Shown piece after piece: positions 19,056 to 29,202 of a DNA stretch of 64,000 nt. The first letter of the stretch is position 1. Each line of letters starts with the position of its first letter. A program made the position numbers and the translations under genes. The stretch comes from Muribaculaceae bacterium (GTDB lineage Bacteria; Bacteroidota; Bacteroidia; Bacteroidales; G3-4614): assembly GCA_017546805.1 (NCBI GenBank), contig JAFYRT010000032.1, positions 13,574-77,573 on the forward strand, given 5' to 3'. A model generated the notes under the pieces. That model was not told the DNA's origin and ran no database searches. It was given only the letters and a program-made list of their open reading frames with translations.

Positions 19056-21224
19056 CTACTTAGTATTTCGCTTTATGAAATCGCAAATACGAGTATATAG
19101 ATGCAAACGATTTTCATAACCCAAAATAGAGTGATTGCAATCGGGATAAAGTTGCATATCAAACTGTTTTCCTGCACGAATAAGAGCTGTGGTATATTGC
19201 ATTGTATTTATAAAGCGTACATTATCATCTGCTGTACCTGTTATTAATAACAAATTACCATTTAAATCTGATGCTTTCAACAGTGGAGATGTTACTTTAT
19301 AACCATCTTCATTTGCTTGAGGTGTATTCATATAGCGCTCTGTATATATTGCATCATAGAAATTCCAATCGGTAACAGGAGCTACAGAAACTCCGTTTTT
19401 AAATATACCTTTACTTGTTGACAAAGCCATTAGTGTATTATATCCGCCAAAACTCCACCCGTAAAGAGTTATATTGTCTTTATCGACATATGGAAGTGTT
19501 GAAATGTATTTAGCTGCAGATATTTGGTCTTGACTCTCATATATTCCCATTTTACGGTATATGCAGTGTGAAAACTCTTCACCACGTCCACCTGTACCTC
19601 GAGGATCGACACATACAACCAAATATCCTTCGCCTACCATATAATGAAGCCAATCAAAAGCTTCCCAACGATTAAGTACTCTTTGAGAACCCGGGCCACT
19701 ATATTGCATCATTATTACAGGATATCTCTTATTTGCGTTAAAATCGAGAGGTTTCAAAATATATCCGTTTAGTGATATTCCATCTTCATTAGTAAACGAG
19801 AAAAACTCTTTATCTGTAAACTTAACACCCTTTATGCTCTTGTTATCTTCAATGTTTTTTACTGTTTTACCTGATTGTGTATTCAACAAAGTTACCTCAT
19901 ATGGAGTTGTAATATTTGAATATGAGACTATGGCATAGGTTGCTGAAGGATTTACATCTGCTGTCACATATCCTCCTTTTTTGCTCAACATGGCAACCTT
20001 TCCGCTTGTATCGACTTTGTAAAATCCACTATATATTGCACCTTCGGGATTTGCTGTATAATAGAAGTTCTTTTTACCATCAGAACCCAAGAACGAGATA
20101 ACATCCCACTTACCTGATGTTAATTGACGAATAAATTTTCCGTTTACAGAATATTGATATAGATGACGATTTCCATCACGCATTGATGGCATTACAAAAT
20201 AGTTATCAAAGAACATTATATTGTTATAGCTCTTTTCATCGACCCATGTTTTGCTACTCTCTTTTACCAATAGTTTAGAGCCCCCCGATTTTGGGTTTAC
20301 GCTATATACATTCAATAGATTTTGTTCGCGATTGAGTGTCATTACTGCAAGAGATGTTGAATCTCGAGTAAATAGTATACGAGGTATGTAGCCACCCTCT
20401 TCTACAGGTACATTCATTTTTTTGACAACTCTTGACTCTACTGTATATGTATAGACTTCTGTCACAGAGCAGTCTGTTCCAGAAACCGGATATTTATATT
20501 TATATTCAGATGGGTATGTTTCGTATGATTGTGCAGATTGATTGGGTTGATAAATCTGCATCGAAGTACTCTTTACATTACCCTCATTAGTACGCAAGAA
20601 TGCCAATGTTTCACTATCTGAAGACCATGTCAAAGAGTTGACAAATCGAAACTCCTCCTCATATGCCCATGATGTTACTCCATACATCAACGTATCTTGC
20701 TTAGCTCCTTGTGTTACCTCTGATTGTGAATCGTAATCCAACTTCTTGAGGTATATATCTCCATCCATTACAAATGCCACCATACGACCGTTTGGAGAAA
20801 TGGTTGCCAATTGTTGTTTTCGAGCATCCTTTGTAAGGGGTTTCACCAAATTACGTTTTACCTCTACTGTGTAATATTTTGCTTTATAAGAAAGACGATA
20901 TATCTTCTCTTTTTCAGTATGAAGGAGAATATATCTAAAATCACGACTCATTTCAAATCCATCAAATTTATTGAATTTGCAATCACGTGCTGTTGCTGTA
21001 TTAAAGATAGTATCAACTACATTCCCTGTAGCATACTCATACTTAAATATCATTGTTCTTTCAGGGTTAGCAACTGCATAATATTTTCCGTCGGCAGATG
21101 ATACCACTTTAGACATTGTAGTTGCCTTGTATTTGTTTGAGGCTATTTCTTCCAATGTTATGGTAGCTGAAGCATAAAACAGAGATGAAGCAAATAGTGT
21201 TAGTATTGTCAATAATTTTTTCAT
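19056..21224 (-). CDS. dipeptidyl-peptidase IV (S9B family serine peptidase)
   Basis: 722 aa with a signal peptide and an N-terminal DPPIV-type propeller. The C-terminal alpha/beta hydrolase carries the nucleophile motif GWSFGGY, and later DDNV and NHSI consistent with the Asp/His of the triad. Confidence 0.88.
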   Translation of the reverse strand: MKKLLTILTLFASSLFYASATITLEEIASNKYKATTMSKVVSSADGKYYAVANPERTMIFKYEYATGNVVDTIFNTATARDCKFNKFDGFEMSRDFRYILLHTEKEKIYRLSYKAKYYTVEVKRNLVKPLTKDARKQQLATISPNGRMVAFVMDGDIYLKKLDYDSQSEVTQGAKQDTLMYGVTSWAYEEEFRFVNSLTWSSDSETLAFLRTNEGNVKSTSMQIYQPNQSAQSYETYPSEYKYKYPVSGTDCSVTEVYTYTVESRVVKKMNVPVEEGGYIPRILFTRDSTSLAVMTLNREQNLLNVYSVNPKSGGSKLLVKESSKTWVDEKSYNNIMFFDNYFVMPSMRDGNRHLYQYSVNGKFIRQLTSGKWDVISFLGSDGKKNFYYTANPEGAIYSGFYKVDTSGKVAMLSKKGGYVTADVNPSATYAIVSYSNITTPYEVTLLNTQSGKTVKNIEDNKSIKGVKFTDKEFFSFTNEDGISLNGYILKPLDFNANKRYPVIMMQYSGPGSQRVLNRWEAFDWLHYMVGEGYLVVCVDPRGTGGRGEEFSHCIYRKMGIYESQDQISAAKYISTLPYVDKDNITLYGWSFGGYNTLMALSTSKGIFKNGVSVAPVTDWNFYDAIYTERYMNTPQANEDGYKVTSPLLKASDLNGNLLLITGTADDNVRFINTMQYTTALIRAGKQFDMQLYPDCNHSILGYENRLHLYTRICDFIKRNTK

Positions 21225-21325
21225 TGCATATTAGTCTTTTATTCTAAAATACAAATATAGGCAATTTTTAGGGATATAACAACATAGTCATTTATTATAA
21301 AAACCTAACAAATAAAAGTAAATAC

Positions 21326-21358
21326 AAAAAAATTGAGGCTGCTTAAAGCAACCTCAAT
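21326..21358 (-). terminator. intrinsic terminator ending the SusC/D locus transcript
   Basis: Minus strand: attgaggttgc ttta agcagcctcaat (one G-U pair) followed by T7. Confidence 0.75.
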
Positions 21359-21383
21359 TCCTTTTTAATATTATGTTGTAATA

Positions 21384-24300
21384 TTATTTTACAAATTTCA
21401 CAACCTCATTACCTGCTTTAAGGATATATACACCTTTGTTCAATCCTGCAGTTGCAATCTCAGTAGCTGCTTTAGCTGCTTTAACGCAACGTCCTTGAAC
21501 ATCGTATATCTCAGCATTTACAGGCTCTGCAAAGAAATAAACTCCATTAATGTATGTAATATTTGAAGTTTCTGATACAACTGCCTCTTCAACACCTGAA
21601 ATCCACTCATATGAGAAGAATGAGATATTTGTATTAGTTCCGTCAACATTTACAAGTACTGCATAATCATCGCTGTATGCCATTGCTGTTGCATAACGAA
21701 CGATTCCTGTACTCATATTTCCGTTAGCACTAACATTGTAGTTTAGAGTTTCTGTTACAAGTTCAGTATTCATATTCACAACATTGGCAACTACATATAC
21801 ATTTCCTTTGTATAAAACCATTCCTGTAGCCTCTTCATAGTATGTATTTGTAGCTCCTTCGTCTATAGCATCTGTTTTAACCCACTCTTTCTCAAGTGTT
21901 GCAGCATCTAAAGCTACTACATATACATCAGATGCACCTACTGCTACTTTTGAATTATCAAATGCCAATGTTTCATTGAATGTTCCTGCAATAAACATTT
22001 TACCTGCATAGACATCAATTCCTGAAATTGAATAGAATGAAGCCCAAGCAGAATTAGAAATATTTGAGAATTTAGCCAATTCAACAGAACCATCTTCTAC
22101 TTTAGCAACAAAAGCTCCGTGCTCAGTAAGACCTTCAAAATCATCTACCATAAATGATGCCTCTTTTGTTTCAACAGAAGATGAAACAGCCAAATCGCCA
22201 TATCCCATAGCTGCAATATATACTACCTCTTTATCAACTGTAAAATCAACAGCTTCATATTTAGAAGTAACATAATTATCATCATAAGCCATTCCTACCT
22301 CTGCAATTTTTTCTGTATACTCCAATTCCTCATCAAACATTACGATTGCTGAATATGGAGAATCCATATATGCCGCATAGAAATAGACGAAATATTTAGC
22401 CTCGAATGTCAAATCTCCAACTGTGATATCTCCATTTGATACAAATTCTACATACACTTGTTCTCCTACAGCAACTATTTTATCAATTGTTACGTATGGA
22501 ATATCACCCCAAAACTCTTCTGCAGAGAAACCGTATGAGTGAGAAGCATTGTATGTTTTAACAGACAACAAGTTTCCGTTAGCATCATATCTTGCCAAGA
22601 AAGCTGATGGTTTTTCAACAAAATAATCACCATATTCACCTGTAATAACTTCGTATTCACCTTCTACACCTTCAACATCTGTAACGTAAACCTCATCAGT
22701 AAACGAACCTGCTACGTATAGGTCTCCCTCTGGACCTGCTGCAATTGCTGTAATATCTATAGCTCCGTAAATTGCAAATGCATATTTCTCGTTTCCTTGA
22801 ATGTCATATTTAGCGACGTATGCTCCAATACCTAAATTTGGAATAGTGTTTCCTGCAAAGTCGAAATCTTGGTTCATTGTTCCTGTTACATATAGGTTAC
22901 CCTCTGCATCTATTGCTGAAGGCGAAGATACTACTGCATCTCCTGCTTGCTCTACTGCAGAGATTGAAGAGTTCCACATATTTGTTTTCAATATCTCTCC
23001 ATTGATTACCATTATCTCTTCCTCTGTCTCCTCTTTTGAAACATTTATTTTTCCATATTTTAGGGTAGAAGTTGTTCCGTTGTTCAAAACAGAAGCAGCT
23101 TTATCACCTTTGTATGCAATCGCTGTTGCTTGCTCTTCAGCCAAAGCTGATACTGCTCCATCGAAAGAAACAACAGTATTGCTTGCAGATACTACACTAT
23201 AATCTGATATCTTTTTAACATTTGCAACTATACGAACTTCGTTAGGATATATCATTGCTCCAACTACATTTTCGTATTGTTGATTTACTACATCGTTTTT
23301 ATCAGGAGTTGCTACAACCCAATTTGACGATAGATCTGAAGTTTTAAATGAAGCAACATAAATGTTAGATGTTGATACCTCTTCTCCATTATTTACTGTT
23401 GATAGAGTATTATCAAATGGGCAATATCCACGGAATGTTCCTACAATATAAAGATTTCCGCCTACAACGTTCATTGCAGAGATTTTATCATAAGAATCAG
23501 AAGTAATATCTGTTGAAATGTTATTGTATGAACAGAATTGTGATGTAGCTCCTACTTTTGCAACTAATGCTCCGTGCTCATTTGTTCCATAACCATCAAC
23601 AAAGAAAGAAACCTCTTTTGTTTTATCTAGTGTTTCACATACAAACTCTCCATATCCTTGGAATGCAACATAAACATCTGAACCAACAACTGCAAAGTTT
23701 ACTGTTGTTACAGCATATTGCATATCAGTTGTAAAGTCCTCTTTTGAACTCATATTTGCTACCAATGTAGGGCTATCCATTTCATTTGCATCAAGAGAGA
23801 ATACTACAGCAGATGGTAGGTCTGCATACATAAAACCCCATACGAAGTTATATTTACCTTTCAATGAAAGTGAAGAGCAAATATTAACATCACCAACGTA
23901 GATTGCACTAACATATACTTTGTTATTTGCAGCAACTACTTTATTGATTCTAAAATAGGGAGTATCATAATATCCCCAAGAATCAAGAACATCTTGATTA
24001 GTTGTTGGCATAATCTCTTGTGCAGAAGCAACTGTTCCATTAGCATTGTACTTAACGACAAATGCTGCTGTTTGGTCTGCAGAACCTGTTAACTCTTGAT
24101 ATGTTTGAGCACCTGCATTACAAACATAAATCATGTCTGTAAATGATCCTGCAACATACAAGTTACCTGCGGCATCAGCATCCATAGCAGTCACTGTTGC
24201 TGCTCCTTGAATTGCTGTAGCCCACACTACATTTCCTGCAGCATCGTATTTTACAATGTAAGATGCCAAGCCTATTGGTTCCAATTCAAATGAACCAAAA

Positions 24301-24494
24301 GTTGCTGCGGTTGTCAATGCACCTGATACATACAAGTTACCGTTGTTATCTATTGCCATAACGCCACTTGTAGCATCGGAAGCATTCTCTACAGTCGTGA
24401 ATGTTTTAGTCCACGCCGTACTGCTCAAAACTTGAGCATTAATTGCAGTTAACGACATAAACGCAACTACAACTGCTAGTAATAGTTTTTTCAT
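21384..24494 (-). CDS. secreted, internally duplicated beta-propeller-repeat (SBBP-like) protein with T9SS C-terminal sorting domain
   Basis: 1036 aa with a signal peptide. Two homologous halves each contain D..GNLYV.G.F-type repeats (AAGNLYVAGSFTDMIYV versus EGDLYVAGSFTDEVYV). The C-terminal ~80 aa ends in GVYILKAGNEVVKFVK, typical of a type A T9SS CTD. Confidence 0.8.
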   Translation of the reverse strand: MKKLLLAVVVAFMSLTAINAQVLSSTAWTKTFTTVENASDATSGVMAIDNNGNLYVSGALTTAATFGSFELEPIGLASYIVKYDAAGNVVWATAIQGAATVTAMDADAAGNLYVAGSFTDMIYVCNAGAQTYQELTGSADQTAAFVVKYNANGTVASAQEIMPTTNQDVLDSWGYYDTPYFRINKVVAANNKVYVSAIYVGDVNICSSLSLKGKYNFVWGFMYADLPSAVVFSLDANEMDSPTLVANMSSKEDFTTDMQYAVTTVNFAVVGSDVYVAFQGYGEFVCETLDKTKEVSFFVDGYGTNEHGALVAKVGATSQFCSYNNISTDITSDSYDKISAMNVVGGNLYIVGTFRGYCPFDNTLSTVNNGEEVSTSNIYVASFKTSDLSSNWVVATPDKNDVVNQQYENVVGAMIYPNEVRIVANVKKISDYSVVSASNTVVSFDGAVSALAEEQATAIAYKGDKAASVLNNGTTSTLKYGKINVSKEETEEEIMVINGEILKTNMWNSSISAVEQAGDAVVSSPSAIDAEGNLYVTGTMNQDFDFAGNTIPNLGIGAYVAKYDIQGNEKYAFAIYGAIDITAIAAGPEGDLYVAGSFTDEVYVTDVEGVEGEYEVITGEYGDYFVEKPSAFLARYDANGNLLSVKTYNASHSYGFSAEEFWGDIPYVTIDKIVAVGEQVYVEFVSNGDITVGDLTFEAKYFVYFYAAYMDSPYSAIVMFDEELEYTEKIAEVGMAYDDNYVTSKYEAVDFTVDKEVVYIAAMGYGDLAVSSSVETKEASFMVDDFEGLTEHGAFVAKVEDGSVELAKFSNISNSAWASFYSISGIDVYAGKMFIAGTFNETLAFDNSKVAVGASDVYVVALDAATLEKEWVKTDAIDEGATNTYYEEATGMVLYKGNVYVVANVVNMNTELVTETLNYNVSANGNMSTGIVRYATAMAYSDDYAVLVNVDGTNTNISFFSYEWISGVEEAVVSETSNITYINGVYFFAEPVNAEIYDVQGRCVKAAKAATEIATAGLNKGVYILKAGNEVVKFVK

Positions 24495-24544
24495 AAGCTT
24501 ACTAATTTAATTAATAATATTGTTTATTTATCTCTTGTTCTCGT

Positions 24545-25906
24545 TTATTGCCAAAGTTCCAAACCTGGATTAGCCTCAACAGCCTCAGTTGGGAAACGCA
24601 ATGTATAACGAGCATCTGCTTGCTCCAATACAAATGTCTCCTCGGTTTTATCGGCTGTAGTATAAACTTTTGTTATTTGGGGTTGTGTCGTTCTTCTTAA
24701 ATCAAACCAACGATGTCCTTGATATGCCATCTCTCTTTGACGTTCTGCCGCAATCTCCTCTCTTAAGGCATCTTTATCCATTGCGTCCAAAGCTTTTGAA
24801 TATGTATTATAGTTAGTAGCTTTATATCGTTTTTGCATTAACTCTTTAATATATTTCAAAGCATTGTTTTTATCATTCAATTCGTTTGCTGCCTCCGCGG
24901 CTATTAAATAGAACTCTCCTGAACGGAAAGAACAACGTTCATTGTCATAATCATCTTTCTCCTTGCGCAATACCCATTGTTTTAGAGTTTTTGCTTTGAA
25001 GTATGTACTTTTTCGTTGGTCTCCTGTACGATACATAGATAACAAATCGGGATTTACATAACCGATTGATGATATTGAGGTTGTTATTATTTGTTCCAAA
25101 GCCATTATTGACTCAACCGATTTATAATTTGTCGGTTTGGTAGATGTAGATGCTACCAAGTCTTGAAGAGCAGGATATTTTTCTATTACTTTTTCTGCCT
25201 CATCAAATGCCAATTGCCAATCACCCATATATAGGGCAACTCTTGCTCTGAATGCACTTACGACATCTTTGCTGAATCTATAATTATAGCCTTGCTCCCA
25301 CTTCTCTACATTCATGTATTCATCAGCGACAGCTATATCATTCAATATTTGTTTATAAACATCTGCAACACTACTACAACTTAACACCGCATTTACATCT
25401 GCTTTAAGTTGCAAAGGTATTCCTCTAGTTGTTTCGGGTGTGCAATTTGTATATGCAGGTGCATATAGATTTACCAATAAGAAGTGCATATATGCTCTCA
25501 ACATATAACTTTCTCCCACCAATTGTTTAATCTCAGCATCTGTTGCTTTTGTTATCTCTCTTTGATGCTCTATTATGTAGTTTGCAATATAGCATGTATG
25601 ATAATATCTGCGCCAACCAAAATATAGAGCAGATGGGTTACGGTTATAATCTGTCCAATTCCATATATCATAATATGAATCGTAATCGTATCCCGACATT
25701 GTTGATGCATCTGCTGCCATCTCATCACTACGAAGTGTTGTCATTCCTCTATCTTCGGGAACTTTGTCATAAACATATGTTAGCAAAGCTCTATACTCTT
25801 CGCCTGTTTCAGCAATTACCTTTCCTGTTGGACGAATATCAAGAAAATCGTTACAACTTGTAAAAAGTAAAGCCACTAATGCTATTGTTATATATTGTAG
25901 TTTCAT
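24545..25906 (-). CDS. SusD/RagB family nutrient-binding outer membrane lipoprotein
   Basis: 453 aa with the lipobox LFTSC followed by NDFLD. It has a TPR-like alpha-helical composition and the SusD-typical C-terminus (RWFDLRR ... P..E...NP). It lies directly downstream of the SusC gene. Confidence 0.9.
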   Translation of the reverse strand: MKLQYITIALVALLFTSCNDFLDIRPTGKVIAETGEEYRALLTYVYDKVPEDRGMTTLRSDEMAADASTMSGYDYDSYYDIWNWTDYNRNPSALYFGWRRYYHTCYIANYIIEHQREITKATDAEIKQLVGESYMLRAYMHFLLVNLYAPAYTNCTPETTRGIPLQLKADVNAVLSCSSVADVYKQILNDIAVADEYMNVEKWEQGYNYRFSKDVVSAFRARVALYMGDWQLAFDEAEKVIEKYPALQDLVASTSTKPTNYKSVESIMALEQIITTSISSIGYVNPDLLSMYRTGDQRKSTYFKAKTLKQWVLRKEKDDYDNERCSFRSGEFYLIAAEAANELNDKNNALKYIKELMQKRYKATNYNTYSKALDAMDKDALREEIAAERQREMAYQGHRWFDLRRTTQPQITKVYTTADKTEETFVLEQADARYTLRFPTEAVEANPGLELWQ

Positions 25907-25928
25907 ATTGTTTTCCTTTCTTAATGTT

Positions 25929-28900
25929 TTAGAAGTTTACATTTAAACTGAATATAACACTCTTTGGCAATGGTGTTGCATATGGATTACCCATTGTTTC
26001 AGGATCAAGGTAATTTGTATAGTCTCCAGCTATTACAAACAAGTTACGTCCTTCTAATGATACAGAGGCTGTGCGCACGCCTAATTTTGTAAGCCAATCG
26101 CCTTCGAAATTGTATCCTAAACGTATGCTTTGACATCTCATATAATTACATTTTTTTACCCAAATATCCAAATTATTGAACGATCCATAATTTTCATAGA
26201 AACGAATCTCTGAATTATGTATTCCGTCATCTGTCATTAAGGTTGGTAAATATGTATCTTTATTGGTTGAAGTCCAACGATTCAAGATATCTTGGTTTGT
26301 ATTTAATCCTCTATCAAAATATAATGAATTATATGATGGTTGTACTCTTACTTTTGCTCCGAAGTTAAATGTAAAGTTTACATTCAATGTCCAGTTTTTA
26401 TATTCAAAGTTGTTGATGAAACCTCCAGAAATAAGTGGATCGGTAGAACCCATATATGTATATAGTTCACGTTGCTCTGCAGCTGACAACTGACTTGCTC
26501 CGTTTTTATCCAATTTAAAGAACTCCTCTGCTGATACTGCACGACCATCTTTGGTTTTATACAAAGGATAACCATACTCATCCAATCCTGCTGTTTCGTA
26601 TGCAAATATTGCACCTACAGGATATCCTTCGCGTGATGGATATGTTGAGTTTTCAGCAACAGTCTCTTGTAATACTGTATTTTGGTTATATCCAATGTTG
26701 ATGTTAGTTGTCCAACTAAAATTTGGTGTATAGATGTTACGAGTTGCCAAACCAACCTCAAATCCTTGGTTCTCCATACTTGCCCAGTTAATGGTTGTTG
26801 AAGCAAAACCTGTTTCCAATGGCAACATTCTCATACCGATAAGGTCAGTACTTCTACGATAGTAGTAATCTACTGTTAGAGATATTGCTCTTTTTAGAAA
26901 AGCAATATCAAATCCGGCATTGATATTTTGAGTTTTTTCCCAACGCAAATCAGGGTTTGGAGCAGACTCACTCTCAATTACATCCTCTAAATAGTCAGGA
27001 AGTATTTGTAGTTTATTGAATTTTCCAACCAAATAAGGAGAAGTATTTTTATCGATATTTCCTTGCAATCCGTATGATATACGAAGATTTAAATCATCAA
27101 TAGGTTTTACCCCTTTTAGCCAATACTCTTCTTTCATACGCCACAATCCGCTGACTGAGTATAGAGGTAGGAATCGATACTCTTTTGCTACACCAAATAC
27201 ATCAGAACCATCAAAACGGATACTTCCTCCAAGAGTGTATCGGTCTTTGAATGTATATGATGTTGTTGCAAAGAATGATGCGTATGCATTCTCGGTAAAT
27301 GTTTCAGACGATAATGGATTGGATTCTGCCAACTTTTGAGTTGGGAACATAACCGGCTGTATAGTTAATGTTCTTGGGTCATATCCGTATGCCAAAGTAT
27401 AGTTTGTTTCTGATTTTATACGACGTAACTCAGCACCCAACATCACCTCAAAATCGTGATGTTTACGATATGTTTGTTTATATTCTGCTAAAGTTTTCCA
27501 AGTCCATTGCGATGTATGGCCTTGATTTACTTTATGCATACCTCCTTTAGGAAGGAAAGTTTCTCCATTATAACGTTTGTCATACTTCTCATATCTCATT
27601 GCGTAGCTATCTTCTCCTGCATAACGATCAAGTTTGTATCCGTCGTATTGAAGTCCGGCTTGTGTTGAAATTTTGAAGTATTCGTTAAATCGAAGTTGTG
27701 CGTCAAAAATAGCCATCAACGAACGGTCGATACGCTCATTTGAAGTATTTTCGCGCTCCTCCATTATATTGAAGTCCAAATCTGTTTCAGCTCTACCCTC
27801 CACGTTTTTATCATATACATAATTTCCATATTCATCATATATCAATTGATATGGATTGGCTATACGAGAATAATATATTGGATTGGTAAAACTGTTATAA
27901 TCTGTCATATATGTATCTTGCTTGCGTTGGTTGGCATAAACAGATGCTCCCAATTTCAAGAATTTATTGATTCTGTAATCGGTTTTTAATGTCATATTGA
28001 AACGATTGTTTTCAACACCTCTTACATTACCTTGCTCATCATACCAACCTACAGATGTATAGTAGTTAACTTTATCTGTTCCGCCTGATAGACTTAAATA
28101 ATACTCTTGGTTCAATACTGTACGGAAGAGGGCATCATTCCAATCGGTATTTATGGTACGTAAATTGTTTATTTGATTTTGAGCTTCGGGACTCAACGCT
28201 TCCCAACCTCCTGCTTTATATGCAGACGTCTCGCCTAAATTTGAAAGGATTTGTGCTACCGCTCCCTTATTTTCGCGATAAGTGTAATCAGTTTTCAAAA
28301 GATCCAGCTCTAAATTAACTTTCTCATCAGAGTTCAATAGATTCAGGCGGTCGATGCTTAAACGTGGATTGACTGTAAGTTTCGCTGATAGGTTAATTTG
28401 CGGTTTTCCTTGTTTACCTTTTTTTGTTGTTATGACGATAACACCATTTGCTGCACGTGCTCCATAAATTGCTGTTGCTGCAGCATCTTTCAATACTGTA
28501 ATATTCTCAATATCTGCTGGGTTTATACCGGCAATTGATGTTTGATAGATATTATCAATATCTTTAAGTTCTTCCATTGCAGGTACATCAGTTCCTTCCA
28601 AAGGTATTCCATCCAACACCCATAATGGGTCTTGAGTTCCATTCATTGAAGCAGTACCACGGATTCTGATCTTAACGGGAGCTCCAGGTGCACCAGAAGA
28701 TGCCATTGTTGTCAATCCGGCAACTTGTCCAGCAAGAGCTTGGTCAATGTTTTTAATTGTACCTACCTTCTCTTCTGAGATACCAACAGTACTTACCGAA
28801 GCTGTCAATTTACGTCGTTCAATGTTTTGGTAACCTGTTACAACTACCTCATCCATAACCTTTGAATCGGCACGTAATATTACATCGTATTTGCTTTTAT

Positions 28901-29177
28901 CTCCAACTTTTACATATTGAGTTGCATAACCAACAAAGGTTACATAAAAGCCCTTTACTGCAGAAGATACTGAAATTGAGAAATTTCCGTCTATATCCGA
29001 CACTGTTCCTGCCGCAGGATGATTTTTGTCATTAAATTCCATTCTGATAGCAGCACCAATCAGTGGCTCATTATTGAAATCTCCATCAAGAACTCTTCCT
29101 GTGATTGTTCTATTTTGTGCCGACAAAGAAAAAGCTACGGCAACAAACAAAATTAATGTATATAATCTCTTATTCAT
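25929..29177 (-). CDS. SusC/RagA family TonB-linked outer membrane transporter
   Basis: 1082 aa with a signal peptide and a CarboxypepD_reg-like N-domain (ITGRVLDG...). The plug motif is NITVLKDAAATAIYGARAANGVIVITTKKG, and the protein ends in a C-terminal beta-barrel terminating in F. Confidence 0.93.
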   Translation of the reverse strand: MNKRLYTLILFVAVAFSLSAQNRTITGRVLDGDFNNEPLIGAAIRMEFNDKNHPAAGTVSDIDGNFSISVSSAVKGFYVTFVGYATQYVKVGDKSKYDVILRADSKVMDEVVVTGYQNIERRKLTASVSTVGISEEKVGTIKNIDQALAGQVAGLTTMASSGAPGAPVKIRIRGTASMNGTQDPLWVLDGIPLEGTDVPAMEELKDIDNIYQTSIAGINPADIENITVLKDAAATAIYGARAANGVIVITTKKGKQGKPQINLSAKLTVNPRLSIDRLNLLNSDEKVNLELDLLKTDYTYRENKGAVAQILSNLGETSAYKAGGWEALSPEAQNQINNLRTINTDWNDALFRTVLNQEYYLSLSGGTDKVNYYTSVGWYDEQGNVRGVENNRFNMTLKTDYRINKFLKLGASVYANQRKQDTYMTDYNSFTNPIYYSRIANPYQLIYDEYGNYVYDKNVEGRAETDLDFNIMEERENTSNERIDRSLMAIFDAQLRFNEYFKISTQAGLQYDGYKLDRYAGEDSYAMRYEKYDKRYNGETFLPKGGMHKVNQGHTSQWTWKTLAEYKQTYRKHHDFEVMLGAELRRIKSETNYTLAYGYDPRTLTIQPVMFPTQKLAESNPLSSETFTENAYASFFATTSYTFKDRYTLGGSIRFDGSDVFGVAKEYRFLPLYSVSGLWRMKEEYWLKGVKPIDDLNLRISYGLQGNIDKNTSPYLVGKFNKLQILPDYLEDVIESESAPNPDLRWEKTQNINAGFDIAFLKRAISLTVDYYYRRSTDLIGMRMLPLETGFASTTINWASMENQGFEVGLATRNIYTPNFSWTTNINIGYNQNTVLQETVAENSTYPSREGYPVGAIFAYETAGLDEYGYPLYKTKDGRAVSAEEFFKLDKNGASQLSAAEQRELYTYMGSTDPLISGGFINNFEYKNWTLNVNFTFNFGAKVRVQPSYNSLYFDRGLNTNQDILNRWTSTNKDTYLPTLMTDDGIHNSEIRFYENYGSFNNLDIWVKKCNYMRCQSIRLGYNFEGDWLTKLGVRTASVSLEGRNLFVIAGDYTNYLDPETMGNPYATPLPKSVIFSLNVNF

Positions 29178-29202
29178 AAAATGAATATATAAAAGTTATT
29201 CT

